From Escherichia coli (GTDB taxonomy: Bacteria > Pseudomonadota > Gammaproteobacteria > Enterobacterales > Enterobacteriaceae): a stretch of 64,000 nt of DNA. Within the stretch, counting starts at the first letter, position 1, and the number at the start of each line of letters is the position of its first letter. The notes under the pieces are model-generated. The model was given only the letters and a program-made list of their open reading frames with translations. It was not told where the DNA came from and did not search any database. The stretch lies in assembly GCF_024700885.2 (NCBI RefSeq), contig NZ_CP117014.1; one strand, 5' to 3'. The position numbers and the translations under genes were made by a program. Positions 9,537-18,855 of this stretch are shown piece after piece.

Positions 9537-9843
9537 TATGGCTTTCCTCCCGTTGTTTGATTAGGTTGGCATTCAGTTCTGCTGTTTTGCGCTGGTACTC
9601 CTTTTCCAGTGCTTTAATTCTTTCGTTTTCGGTCAGCATGGCTGAGCGAGCGTTCTCACTTAACTGTAATGCGGTAGAAAGCGTGTTGTTCGTGCTTTCC
9701 AGTTGTGATTTTGAGTCTTCAAGCGATCGGACATACCTGATGTGTTCGATAACTGCCGTCGTTGTTCGGTAAATTCCAGAAATGGCTAAAACCGCAATTA
9801 CAATCAAAATTATCTTTTTCAAAACCATCCTCTTCAGGTTCAT
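9370..9843 (-). CDS. i-spanin (Rz-like)
   Basis: 157 aa. An N-terminal TM helix (KKIILIVIAVLAISGIY) is followed by a long coiled-coil-like region. It overlaps the lipoprotein ORF. Confidence 0.6.
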   Translation of the reverse strand: MNLKRMVLKKIILIVIAVLAISGIYRTTTAVIEHIRYVRSLEDSKSQLESTNNTLSTALQLSENARSAMLTENERIKALEKEYQRKTAELNANLIKQREESHNEITRLENALRRAGINDVRVPDDVIRMQRERAKAINQRASENYRRSHQQAAGKSD

Positions 9844-9898
9844 TTTTGGTGTTAAACATGTACCAATTCACATCCTTTTGTGTTCCTAAGTGGTGTTG

Positions 9899-10705
9899 CT
9901 ATTGTTCCTTTTTGGTGTTCTTTTGGAGCGCATCGATAACGCCTTGTGGCATGATTAAACTGATTGCCGGACTCATTACTGCATCATCCAGTAGAGAACC
10001 AGTTAACGTGATGGCGACAGCGTTTTCTAAACCTTTGGTTGCCTGAGTGGTTGACGTTTTAATGCGACCTGTAAGGGCTACGACACTCTCACTTGCTGAG
10101 TTAATTTCGGAGAGTAAAACTTCGGCGGCTGTCACTGCTTCCCGTAAAGCATCAATTTCATCCTGAGTAATGACTGGAGCCTGAGCGCCCCCAGTACCAC
10201 CCTGTCCACCATTGCTATCACCACCACCAGCACTTCCGGCAGCTTCTATTTTTGCGTTAATGGCGTTCATGGCGGTTTTCAGAGCATCAAGTTTTAGCGC
10301 CGTCAATGCGTCCGTTAGAGATTGCGGAATGGAAACATTCCCCATCCCCTCAACAAGGGCGAAAGCAGGTATGGGGGTCAGCTCGTTACCTTTTACGTAG
10401 CATTCCCAGCCAATCTTCATCTGTAACAGCTCTGATGGCTTGGTGTATGGGGAAAGAGAATCAGCCAGTAATGAAGACGCTTTGCTGGCCTCATTTAGCT
10501 GTTCAGAAAAGCCAAGCAATTGAGTAGTCCAGGCCGAAACAGAATCAGGATAGGTTTTATCGGCGTGAACTATTCCCTGTATGGCGCTGGCGAGTGATGA
10601 GGCTTTTACAGACGCTGCCCGGCTTATGGTTATAGATTCTGGTGTAGAGATACCGGCATCTGACAGAATTTTGAAGGCTTTAACTTCACCTATTGAATCA
10701 AGCAT
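9899..10705 (-). CDS. hypothetical protein downstream of PAAR gene
   Basis: The likely start is MLDSIGEV at 10705, where TAATG overlaps the PAAR stop codon. The longer 301-aa track ORF would overlap PAAR. A Gly-rich linker (GSAGGGDSNGGQGGTGG) is present. Confidence 0.45.
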   Translation of the reverse strand: MLDSIGEVKAFKILSDAGISTPESITISRAASVKASSLASAIQGIVHADKTYPDSVSAWTTQLLGFSEQLNEASKASSLLADSLSPYTKPSELLQMKIGWECYVKGNELTPIPAFALVEGMGNVSIPQSLTDALTALKLDALKTAMNAINAKIEAAGSAGGGDSNGGQGGTGGAQAPVITQDEIDALREAVTAAEVLLSEINSASESVVALTGRIKTSTTQATKGLENAVAITLTGSLLDDAVMSPAISLIMPQGVIDALQKNTKKEQ

Positions 10706-10989
10706 TATGCAACCTGAAAAATATCCTCGCCGTTGGCGATAACAGAACCACAAGAAAGCGGATCGCCTACACAGACAACTCCCTTTCCACCTATCGAAAA
10801 CCATACTCGCGTCGATACAGCTGCCCCTGGATGTGCACTGTTACCGTCAGTGTGACTGGGAAACATGGCACCATCTACAACAATTGGCTTACCGTTAACG
10901 GTGAACCAGGGAACAGTTTCAGCTACCAGTCGCGGCGGAAATCCTCCGTGACCAGAACAAAGGGTGTCGCTGGTGGCTATTGCGCTCAT
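10705..10989 (-). CDS. PAAR-like spike-tip protein
   Basis: 94 aa. Shows a PAAR-repeat-like pattern (CSGHGGFP.., HPGAAVS, VCVGDPLSCGSVIANG). Confidence 0.55.
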   Translation of the reverse strand: MSAIATSDTLCSGHGGFPPRLVAETVPWFTVNGKPIVVDGAMFPSHTDGNSAHPGAAVSTRVWFSIGGKGVVCVGDPLSCGSVIANGEDIFQVA

Positions 10990-11077
10990 TCTTCACCTCC
11001 TGGTTATCCTCCTATTGTCATCACTTTGTTATTTCGTCATTCAAACTGAGAGTAAAATTTCGGAATATTTTTGTATT

Positions 11078-11239
11078 CTCAATTCATCCTCAAATAAATC
11101 TCACTGTCAGACCATCATTCATTGGGTGATTAAGATATTCTCAAAATGAACTCAATAATCACTCTTTATTATCTCTTTTGGTGTGGATTTTTGGGTGCTT
11201 CTCTTTTAAAATTGCATTTTGATTCTCAAATGTGTCTCA
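11078..11239. repeat. parC: parC-like centromere: CTCA/CTCT-core iterons phased at 11 bp
   Basis: CTCA/CTCT cores lie at 11078, 11089, 11100; 11140, 11151, 11162, 11173; and 11225, 11236. Spacing within each cluster is exactly 11 nt, directly upstream of parM. This matches the R1 parC architecture. Confidence 0.55.
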
Positions 11240-11255
11240 GAAGTGGAGCAAGAAG

Positions 11256-12212
11256 ATGCGCATTTTTATCGATGATGGTTCAACCAATATCAAAATGCTG
11301 TGGGAGCACGACGGGGAAACTCGCACTCACATCAGCCCTAACAGCTTTAAGCGCGGATGGTCAGCAACATTTTGTGCTGGCAAGCCGTTTAACTATGTCA
11401 TTGACGACGAAAAGTATTCGTATGATTTGATCTCGCCAGATGTTCTGCCGACGAATAACGTGGAATGGCAATACAGCCCGCTTAACGTCCTGGCTGTTCA
11501 CCATGCCCTGCTGACAAGTGGCATTGAGCCGCAGGAAGTAGAAATTGTGGTCACGCTGCCTCTGGCGGAGTTTTACGACGACGACGCGCAATACAATCTC
11601 GATAACATCGAGCGCAAGAAAGCCAGCCTTATGCGCCCCGTCACGCTGAATAAAGGCAATGTGTTCACGATTAAGAAAGTTACGGTACGACCGGAGTCTA
11701 TTCCGGCAGGAATTGGCCTGTGCGACAATCTGAACCCTGCCCATTCTATTCTTATCGTCGATTTGGGTGGAACTACCCTTGATGTTTCAATGGTCGCCGG
11801 GCAAATGACGGCAGTTTCCCGTGTTTTTGGCGATTCGAATCTTGGCGTCTCTCTGGTTACCAGGGAAGTAAGGCAAGCGCTTGCCAGAGCCAATACCGAA
11901 ACGTCAAATTACAATGTTGATCAGCTCATTATTAACCGCCACGATGAAGATTATCTGAATGACAATATCAATGACCCATCAGCGATTGGTGATGTGAAAA
12001 AGGCCATTGCCGCAAGCATTGACCGTCTGCGTACCCGCGTTCTTGATGTGATTGGCGACTTTAAAGGATATACGCATGTCATGGTGATCGGTGGTGGCGC
12101 ACCGCTGGTGGCAGATGCAATTCGCGAGCAAGTTAATATTCGTGATGACCGTTTCTTCGTGGCGGATGACCCGCAACTTGCTCTTGTTCATGGCCTGAAA
12201 GCAATCGGTTAA
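11256..12212 (+). CDS. parM: actin-like plasmid segregation ATPase ParM (R1 type)
   Basis: Starts MRIFIDDGSTNIK with a gtggag RBS. From memory it is collinear with R1 ParM (..HISPNSFK.., IVDLGGTTLDVS, YTHVMVIGGGA). Confidence 0.9.
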   Translation: MRIFIDDGSTNIKMLWEHDGETRTHISPNSFKRGWSATFCAGKPFNYVIDDEKYSYDLISPDVLPTNNVEWQYSPLNVLAVHHALLTSGIEPQEVEIVVTLPLAEFYDDDAQYNLDNIERKKASLMRPVTLNKGNVFTIKKVTVRPESIPAGIGLCDNLNPAHSILIVDLGGTTLDVSMVAGQMTAVSRVFGDSNLGVSLVTREVRQALARANTETSNYNVDQLIINRHDEDYLNDNINDPSAIGDVKKAIAASIDRLRTRVLDVIGDFKGYTHVMVIGGGAPLVADAIREQVNIRDDRFFVADDPQLALVHGLKAIG

Positions 12213-12218
12213 CGAGGT

Positions 12219-12563
12219 ATGTCCATGTCTCAGGAACGTAAGAAAGTGATGATTTATCTTCGCCCAGAGGCTTATGCCAATGAAAAGGCGGCGAGCGAGA
12301 AGATAAAAAAACATAGCGATATGGCAAGAACTGCATTGTTGGCAGGGCTTGCGCTGGGAGAAGTCGATAGCAGGCTTCCAGGATTACTGGCTTCCCTGCT
12401 GACCGAAGACAATAACCCGGAGCTGATCCGAAAAATGCTGGCATCCTTCCTGGAACTACCAGCTGCGGTTGAGGAGCGCCCTGCCTCCATTGAGCCAGTG
12501 AAGGAGCAAGTTGTTGCCAAAAGCGCGTCGGCGCGCAATCTGGCTGACTCTCTACCTGATTGA
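12219..12563 (+). CDS. parR: ParR centromere-binding adaptor
   Basis: The segment RTALLAGLALGEVDSRLPGLLASLLTED resembles R1 ParR RAALTAGLALYRQDPRTPFLLCELLTKE. It lies immediately after parM. Confidence 0.7.
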   Translation: MSMSQERKKVMIYLRPEAYANEKAASEKIKKHSDMARTALLAGLALGEVDSRLPGLLASLLTEDNNPELIRKMLASFLELPAAVEERPASIEPVKEQVVAKSASARNLADSLPD

Positions 12564-12850
12564 CAGAAGATGTGCTGGTTTAAGGCTGCAAATTGCAGCC
12601 TTTTTTGTGCCTTAATGGTGTCTAATTAGTGTTGAACTGGCACCAGTTAGGTGCTGTTATGGTGCAATTTTGTATCTGGTTCCAATTTAGGGCTGATTTC
12701 GTGTTAAATAGGATGCAATATAAGGTGTATTTGGTCTGATTGATGTTATACTTTGCCAAACATTCATGACTCCATTATAGAGCCTGTCCCGCATCAAAAA
12801 GGCTCTTATCTGGAACCGTTTTGATACCAAAATCACACCGAGGAACGGAT

Positions 12851-13492
12851 ATGATTATATTGGTAGTCAGCCAAAAAGGTGGCTGTGGAAAATCAACCAC
12901 AAGCGTAAACATCTGTGCGGAGCTTGCCCGCGCAAATAAGGATGTAGTGTTACTAGATGCAGACAAGCAAGGAACAGCTGCCCGCTGGGCAGCTGACCGT
13001 AACACGGCAGAGGTTTCTCCTGTAATTCATTGTGTCCAGAAGTTTGGTAATATTCGAGAAACACTTCTCGATCTGGATAAGCGTTATGAATTTGTTGTTG
13101 TTGATACAGCCGGGCGCGATAGCAAAGAGATGCGTACAGGCATAACCGCTGCAGATATTGTGTTGGTCCCATTCAGACCATCTCAACCAGATTTAGACAC
13201 GCTGGCACACTTTGTTGAAGTGTTTGAAGAGGCTTTGGACCTGATGCCTAATCCTAGCATTAAGGCGTTCGCAGTCTTAACAATGGCCCCATCCAATCCG
13301 GTTGTGAATGAAACCAATGAGGCCAAAGAGTACCTGGCTGAATATCCGCAACTGAAGTTGCTGAAAACCATCATTCGTGATCGTAAGGTTTACCGCGATT
13401 GCATGGCTGAAGGGAAGGGCGTTGTTGAGATGGACAACGGGAAAGCTAAAGGTGAAATCCAGATGTTGGTTAAGGAGTTATTAAGTGATTAA
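12851..13492 (+). CDS. parA: small Walker-type partition ATPase (ParA/ParF class, type Ib)
   Basis: Starts MIILVVSQKGGCGKSTTS, a deviant Walker A. About 213 aa with no N-terminal HTH. RBS is gaggaa. Confidence 0.8.
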   Translation: MIILVVSQKGGCGKSTTSVNICAELARANKDVVLLDADKQGTAARWAADRNTAEVSPVIHCVQKFGNIRETLLDLDKRYEFVVVDTAGRDSKEMRTGITAADIVLVPFRPSQPDLDTLAHFVEVFEEALDLMPNPSIKAFAVLTMAPSNPVVNETNEAKEYLAEYPQLKLLKTIIRDRKVYRDCMAEGKGVVEMDNGKAKGEIQMLVKELLSD

Positions 13493-13772
13493 GCCTCGTA
13501 AATCGGTAAAAGCCCCCGAAGTAAAAGACCCCGATCTTGAACGCCGAATTGAGGATTTTGCAAGTAAGGCTGATTTGGTGCCGGGTGAGCAACCAGAAGA
13601 CAACAAAGTGCTCGATAAGGACGCTCCACGTGATTTTAAATCTATTCGTGTTGGTTTCAATGAATACGAGTACCAGGTACTTGATGCGTTGAGCAAAAAG
13701 CATAATCGCAGCAAATTGAATATGATCCGCCATGCTATCCTCATGTTAGCGGAGTCTGAGGAAGCAAAATAA
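13485..13772 (+). CDS. ParG/RHH-like partition adaptor
   Basis: 95 aa. GTG start with an aaggag RBS, overlapping the parA stop. The C-terminal segment FKSIRVGFNEYEYQVLDALSKKHNRSKLNMIRHAILML fits a ribbon-helix-helix. Confidence 0.5.
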   Translation: MIKPRKSVKAPEVKDPDLERRIEDFASKADLVPGEQPEDNKVLDKDAPRDFKSIRVGFNEYEYQVLDALSKKHNRSKLNMIRHAILMLAESEEAK

Positions 13773-14040
13773 AGTCTTTCAGGTTGGTTTTAGAACTTAA
13801 AAAGTCTTGAACCAAAGGTGCACCAATACACCACTAATTTGGTGCACCTTTACATCCTTTTTGGTTCCAATTGTGTACCATTTGTCATTAATTTACTTAT
13901 GCGCAAAAGTGGGCTTCATGAAAAAGCTCATTATTGAAATAACGATAGAAAGTAATTTCTAATCAACTAGTGGTTGTCAGCCTATTCGGCTTATAAGATC
14001 ATACGCTGTTATACGTTGTTTACGCTTTGAGGAATCCACA

Positions 14041-15702
14041 ATGAGTGAGGCAGAAGCCCGCCCGACTAACTTTATTCGTCAGATCATCGATGAAGATCTG
14101 GCCAGTGGTAAGCACACCACAGTACATACCCGTTTCCCGCCGGAACCGAATGGCTATCTGCATATTGGTCATGCGAAATCTATCTGCCTGAACTTCGGGA
14201 TCGCCCAGGACTATAAAGGCCAGTGCAACCTGCGTTTCGACGACACTAACCCGGTAAAAGAAGATATCGAGTACGTCGAGTCGATTAAAAACGACGTTGA
14301 ATGGTTAGGTTTTCACTGGTCTGGCAACATCCGTTACTCCTCCGATTATTTTGACAAACTCCATGCCTATGCTGTTGAACTGATCAACAAAGGCCTGGCG
14401 TATGTTGACGAACTGACGCCGGAACAGATCCGCGAATACCGCGGCACCCTGACGCAGCCGGGTAAAAACAGCCCGTACCGCGACCGCAGCGTTGAAGAGA
14501 ACCTGGCGCTGTTCGAAAAAATGCGTGCCGGTGGTTTTGAAGAAGGTAAAGCCTGCCTGCGTGCGAAAATCGACATGGCTTCGCCGTTTATCGTGATGCG
14601 CGACCCGGTGCTGTACCGCATTAAGTTTGCTGAACATCACCAGACTGGCAACAAGTGGTGCATCTACCCGATGTACGACTTCACCCACTGCATCAGCGAT
14701 GCGCTGGAAGGTATTACGCACTCTCTGTGTACGCTTGAGTTCCAGGACAACCGTCGTCTGTATGACTGGGTACTGGACAACATCACCATTCCTGTTCACC
14801 CGCGCCAGTACGAATTTTCGCGCCTGAATCTGGAATACACTGTGATGTCCAAGCGTAAGCTGAACCTGCTGGTGACCGACAAGCACGTTGAAGGCTGGGA
14901 TGACCCGCGTATGCCGACCATTTCCGGTCTGCGTCGTCGTGGTTACACTGCGGCTTCTATTCGTGAGTTCTGCAAACGCATCGGCGTGACCAAGCAGGAC
15001 AACACCATTGAGATGGCGTCGCTGGAATCCTGCATCCGTGAAGATCTCAACGAAAATGCGCCGCGCGCAATGGCGGTTATCGATCCGGTGAAACTGGTTA
15101 TCGAAAACTACCAGGGCGAAGGCGAAATGGTCACCATGCCGAACCATCCAAACAAACCGGAAATGGGTAGCCGTCAGGTGCCGTTTAGCGGTGAGATTTG
15201 GATCGACCGCGCCGATTTCCGCGAAGAAGCTAACAAGCAGTACAAACGTCTGGTGCTGGGTAAAGAAGTGCGTCTGCGTAATGCTTACGTCATTAAGGCT
15301 GAACGCGTGGAGAAAGATGCCGAAGGCAATATCACCACCATCTTCTGTACTTATGACGCCGACACCTTAAGCAAAGATCCGGCAGATGGTCGTAAAGTGA
15401 AAGGCGTTATTCACTGGGTGAGCGCGGCACATGCGCTGCCGGTTGAAATCCGCCTGTACGATCGTCTGTTCAGCGTGCCGAACCCAGGTGCTGCGGATGA
15501 TTTCCTGTCGGTGATTAACCCGGAATCGCTGGTGATCAAACAGGGTTTTGCTGAACCGTCGCTGAAAGAAGCGGTAGCGGGTAAAGCATTCCAGTTTGAG
15601 CGTGAAGGTTATTTCTGCCTCGACAGCCGCCATTCTACGGCGGAAAAACCGGTATTTAACCGCACCGTTGGGCTGCGTGATACCTGGGCGAAGTTAGGTT
15701 AA
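14041..15702 (+). CDS. glnS: glutaminyl-tRNA synthetase, full length, host-like
   Basis: 553 aa with class I HIGH (HIGH) and KMSKS-type (VMSKR) motifs. From memory it differs from E. coli GlnRS at only a handful of positions and at the last residues (..TWAKLG). Confidence 0.95.
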   Translation: MSEAEARPTNFIRQIIDEDLASGKHTTVHTRFPPEPNGYLHIGHAKSICLNFGIAQDYKGQCNLRFDDTNPVKEDIEYVESIKNDVEWLGFHWSGNIRYSSDYFDKLHAYAVELINKGLAYVDELTPEQIREYRGTLTQPGKNSPYRDRSVEENLALFEKMRAGGFEEGKACLRAKIDMASPFIVMRDPVLYRIKFAEHHQTGNKWCIYPMYDFTHCISDALEGITHSLCTLEFQDNRRLYDWVLDNITIPVHPRQYEFSRLNLEYTVMSKRKLNLLVTDKHVEGWDDPRMPTISGLRRRGYTAASIREFCKRIGVTKQDNTIEMASLESCIREDLNENAPRAMAVIDPVKLVIENYQGEGEMVTMPNHPNKPEMGSRQVPFSGEIWIDRADFREEANKQYKRLVLGKEVRLRNAYVIKAERVEKDAEGNITTIFCTYDADTLSKDPADGRKVKGVIHWVSAAHALPVEIRLYDRLFSVPNPGAADDFLSVINPESLVIKQGFAEPSLKEAVAGKAFQFEREGYFCLDSRHSTAEKPVFNRTVGLRDTWAKLG

Positions 15703-15730
15703 TAGGTATTTCGCCACATAAAAAAGTAAA

Positions 15731-15752
15731 CGCCGCTACTGCGGCGTTTTTT
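15731..15752. terminator. bidirectional rho-independent terminator between glnS and dmt
   Basis: CGCCGC-tact-GCGGCG stem flanked by an A-run and a T-run, sitting between convergent genes. Confidence 0.6.
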
Positions 15753-17907
15753 ACTTCATTATTGCAATTATATCGTTAGCAACTACACGTGTTGACGCCT
15801 TGCAGGACACCGACCGTCTGGCTGCCATATGATGTACTTTAAACCCGTTTCGTTCATATAGTTCACGGATGTTTGGCGCACCACTATTTGTTATCACTAC
15901 CTTAGCGCCGCGCTGGTGGGCTTCCACCAATAGAGATACCAGCCGTTTCTGTTCGTCGAAACGGAAGCTATTTCCTGAATAACTGGTAAACCCTTCTGTA
16001 TCCGGCAGCGGTTCATACGGCGGATCGCAAAAAATCACATCGCCTTCACCAGCCGCCTCGATGACGCCAGCAAAGTCACCTGATACAAAGGACGTGTTTT
16101 TGAGTACGTCATCAGCCAAAAATGCCTCCATCTCTGCATGTGGGAAGTAGGGCGCTTTGTATTTGCCATACCCCACGTTGAACTCGCCATTTTGGTTGTA
16201 CCGCGTTACGCCATTAAAACAGTGCCGATTAAGGTACAAAAAGGCGGCAGCATGATGTAGCTGGTCATACTTTCCTCTGTTAAATGCCTCGCGCACTTCG
16301 AGGTAAGCGTCAGCGTTGTTGTAATTTTTGAAAAAACTATATGCCAGCGTGACGAGCGAATGTCCCTCTCGCTGCAATGTCTGATAGAAGTTAATCAGGT
16401 CACCGTTAATATCATTAAGCAGGTTGTGGCGAAATCCTGCATTCGTAAATACGGAACCGCCACCAACGAATGGTTCTATTAACCGCTTGCCGTGTGGTAG
16501 ATGCTCAAGCACTGTAGGCAACTCTGAGAATTTACCGCCTACCCATTTGAATATTGGGCGTTCATATTCATCCGGAGTCCGGAGTTTTCTTGTGTAGGTA
16601 ATGGTATTTATTGTTTTTTGCTGTTTATCCGCTACGGTCGCAAGAATGCGACACCCTATCCATTGCATAACAGGAACTGCCATGCTGTTGCCGATCGCTT
16701 TGTAACGCGGTCCGTCAGCTGCAAGCATCGCGGCCTCTTCTTCGCTTAAATCTGGATAGTGATTGCGAAGGTATGCCAGTTCATCTGAAGAAACTTTTTT
16801 ACGCTTTTCCGTAGGGATCAACGTGTGCCCGTCAGGAAAGCCCTGCAGGCGTTCGCACTCGACAGGCGTTAAGCGACGTACTGCCACTCCGACGTTCGCA
16901 CTGTCAAAAACAGCCAGGTCGGTTGCATCCTTAAAATCTCTGGCCTTGACCGTGGAAGCCGCCTCATCATCCGCATACTCACCAAATGCTACCATCCGGT
17001 AAGCACCGACAAGCCCACTTCCGCGCTGTGAAAAAATCTCCTGGTTGCTTGCACCCGTCCCGCCGGTATTGTGCGATCGGGCAAGTGTCGGGTGAGGATT
17101 TACAGGGTTATCCCAATGGCTCCCGCTTTTAATGCCATTTCCAACATTTCCGGCAACTTCCTTCCCCTCGCCTCTGCTCGGCGCAATATCCCGGCGCACG
17201 CCTTCGAACTCAAAAAGTACCGTTGCGGGATCGAGGTCTGTTCGAGCACTTGCGACAACAAACACGCGTCGGCGTCGTTGTGCCACTCCGAAGTATTGGG
17301 CATCAAGTATTCTCCAGGCCACCTTTCGCTGCGGTCCATAAATACAACCACACTGCGGCCACTTTGGAGCATGGCAACCGGTTTTGCCATCCCACCGCCA
17401 GAACGCGTTACTTTTTCCTGATTCAGGTCGATCACCTGGTTCAAATGGTGCATCTTCTCCAGCCAATCCGGCAAGGAAACATCCGAAGGCGTTATCTGCC
17501 GATGACAGGACTCCTGGGACATTTTCCCAGACGATAACTGTCGGTTTGAGGAAGGACTCAGACCGTTTGTCGTCAATTGCATTTGCAAGCTCCACATACT
17601 TCAAAGTTAGCGCGCCGCGCTCATCATCAAGCCCACCACGTAATCCCGCGATACTGAATGCCTGACAAGGTGTTCCCCCGACGAGCACATCAGGGGATTC
17701 GATTTCCCCAGCCAGGACTTTTTTGGCAAGTTTTGTCATATCGCCAAGGTTGGCGATATGAGGCCAGCGGTGCGCAAGAACGGCAGATGGAAAAGGCTCA
17801 ATTTCAGCAAACCACGCCGGACGCATACCCAACGGTTCCCAGGCAATGCTCGCGGCTTCAATTCCACTGCAAACTGAACCATATCGAAGGTTAACGTTCT
17901 GCTTCAC
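15751..17907 (-). CDS. dmt: bifunctional DNA methyltransferase (N-terminal C5-cytosine, C-terminal Dam-like N6-adenine)
   Basis: C5 motifs are present: [35 protein letters not shown]. Dam motifs follow: [13 protein letters not shown]. The likely start is GTG at 17907 after a GGAGG RBS. The track ORF extends to 17979, overlapping rdgC. Confidence 0.85.
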   Translation of the reverse strand: MKQNVNLRYGSVCSGIEAASIAWEPLGMRPAWFAEIEPFPSAVLAHRWPHIANLGDMTKLAKKVLAGEIESPDVLVGGTPCQAFSIAGLRGGLDDERGALTLKYVELANAIDDKRSESFLKPTVIVWENVPGVLSSADNAFGCFLAGLAGEDAPFEPGDRPESGKSNAFWRWDGKTGCHAPKWPQCGCIYGPQRKVAWRILDAQYFGVAQRRRRVFVVASARTDLDPATVLFEFEGVRRDIAPSRGEGKEVAGNVGNGIKSGSHWDNPVNPHPTLARSHNTGGTGASNQEIFSQRGSGLVGAYRMVAFGEYADDEAASTVKARDFKDATDLAVFDSANVGVAVRRLTPVECERLQGFPDGHTLIPTEKRKKVSSDELAYLRNHYPDLSEEEAAMLAADGPRYKAIGNSMAVPVMQWIGCRILATVADKQQKTINTITYTRKLRTPDEYERPIFKWVGGKFSELPTVLEHLPHGKRLIEPFVGGGSVFTNAGFRHNLLNDINGDLINFYQTLQREGHSLVTLAYSFFKNYNNADAYLEVREAFNRGKYDQLHHAAAFLYLNRHCFNGVTRYNQNGEFNVGYGKYKAPYFPHAEMEAFLADDVLKNTSFVSGDFAGVIEAAGEGDVIFCDPPYEPLPDTEGFTSYSGNSFRFDEQKRLVSLLVEAHQRGAKVVITNSGAPNIRELYERNGFKVHHMAARRSVSCKASTRVVANDIIAIMK

Positions 17908-18796
17908 CGCCAATGGCCTCCACCAGCGCGTTAAACAGTGCAGATAATTCGCCCGTAAAGAGCACGAAATCAGCATCAAATCGTTGTGCTACATCCTCCC
18001 GGTCGATATCGTCATTCTGGTCATAGAGATCATCACAGAATGTCAGGGCTTTGATACTCATATCATCGTTGACTCTGAACGACGCGCGTTCCATCCAGTT
18101 AATTGCAACGGTCGTAGCTACTTTCCCCGCCTCAATGTGAGACATAATCTCGTCGGACTGTAGATCAACTTTGTTGCAGCGAACGGCACCACCATTATCG
18201 AGCAGACCCTTTAATGTGGCGTCTTCACCTGCTGTAAATCCGGCAGGGAAGCCGCTTTTAAACCACTCGGTCATTGTAATTTCCAGCGGTTCGCGTGGTG
18301 TGAATGGAATGACAGGCAGGCTGCCGAGCGATTTTCGCAATAAAGCCAGCTGGTCCTCTGCCTTTTTGGCGCTGCTTGCCTCAACGAATACCAGATGGTT
18401 GCTGCGGTCGATCAGGATTTTGGCAAGTGATTTTCTCGTGAACGCGCGAGGCAAAAGTGAATGCAGGACTTCATCTTTAAGACTGTCTCTTTCCGTTTTC
18501 TTCAGCTTGCGGGCTTGCTCTTCTTCGAGTTTCAGGACTTTTTTCTGCAACTCTTCCTTGAGCACCTGCGAGGGGAGAATTTTTTCTTCTCGCTTATGCT
18601 GTATTAGCAGAAAACCCTGGTATTCATGTGTGAGGTTGTCACCAAGAACGGAGGTCCAACCAGCTTTAGCCATATCCTGAGAACCGCATGGGGTAAACAC
18701 AAACTTGCTAAGGGCTGCATTTACTTCTGCAGTATCCCAGCTAACTTCGCGTGAAAGACGATAGATGAAGATATTTTTGAAAGCGACTGATCTCAT
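17891..18796 (-). CDS. rdgC: RdgC-family recombination-associated protein
   Basis: 301 aa. From memory it is collinear with E. coli RdgC ([77 protein letters not shown]). Confidence 0.85.
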   Translation of the reverse strand: MRSVAFKNIFIYRLSREVSWDTAEVNAALSKFVFTPCGSQDMAKAGWTSVLGDNLTHEYQGFLLIQHKREEKILPSQVLKEELQKKVLKLEEEQARKLKKTERDSLKDEVLHSLLPRAFTRKSLAKILIDRSNHLVFVEASSAKKAEDQLALLRKSLGSLPVIPFTPREPLEITMTEWFKSGFPAGFTAGEDATLKGLLDNGGAVRCNKVDLQSDEIMSHIEAGKVATTVAINWMERASFRVNDDMSIKALTFCDDLYDQNDDIDREDVAQRFDADFVLFTGELSALFNALVEAIGGEAER

Positions 18797-18803
18797 TTCT
18801 CAC

Positions 18804-18845
18804 CATTTGTGTTAGAAAATACGCGTTAATTATCTAACACAAATG
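18804..18845. promoter_or_regulatory. operator-like dyad GTTAGA-N16-TCTAAC upstream of rdgC-dmt
   Basis: A perfect 13-bp inverted repeat, CATTTGTGTTAGA (18804-18816) / TCTAACACAAATG (18833-18845), in the intergenic region. Confidence 0.5.
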
Positions 18846-18855
18846 GGTGCATTTT

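Noticed and set aside
10706-10804. N-terminal extension of the 301-aa ORF
   Set aside because: It overlaps the PAAR-like gene. An ATG overlapping the PAAR stop (TAATG) gives a coupled 268-aa product.
14305-15147. 280-aa minus-strand ORF inside glnS
   Set aside because: It is antisense to a confidently identified, highly conserved gene. Its composition is Arg/Val/His-rich, typical of a shadow ORF.
13773-15760. glnS carried by an IS element or transposon
   Set aside because: I could find no transposase ORF, terminal inverted repeats or target duplications flanking the gene.
17908-17979. N-terminal 24 codons of the 742-aa methyltransferase track ORF
   Set aside because: They would overlap 88 nt of rdgC. 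A GTG at 17907 with a GGAGG RBS starts right before the first methyltransferase motif.
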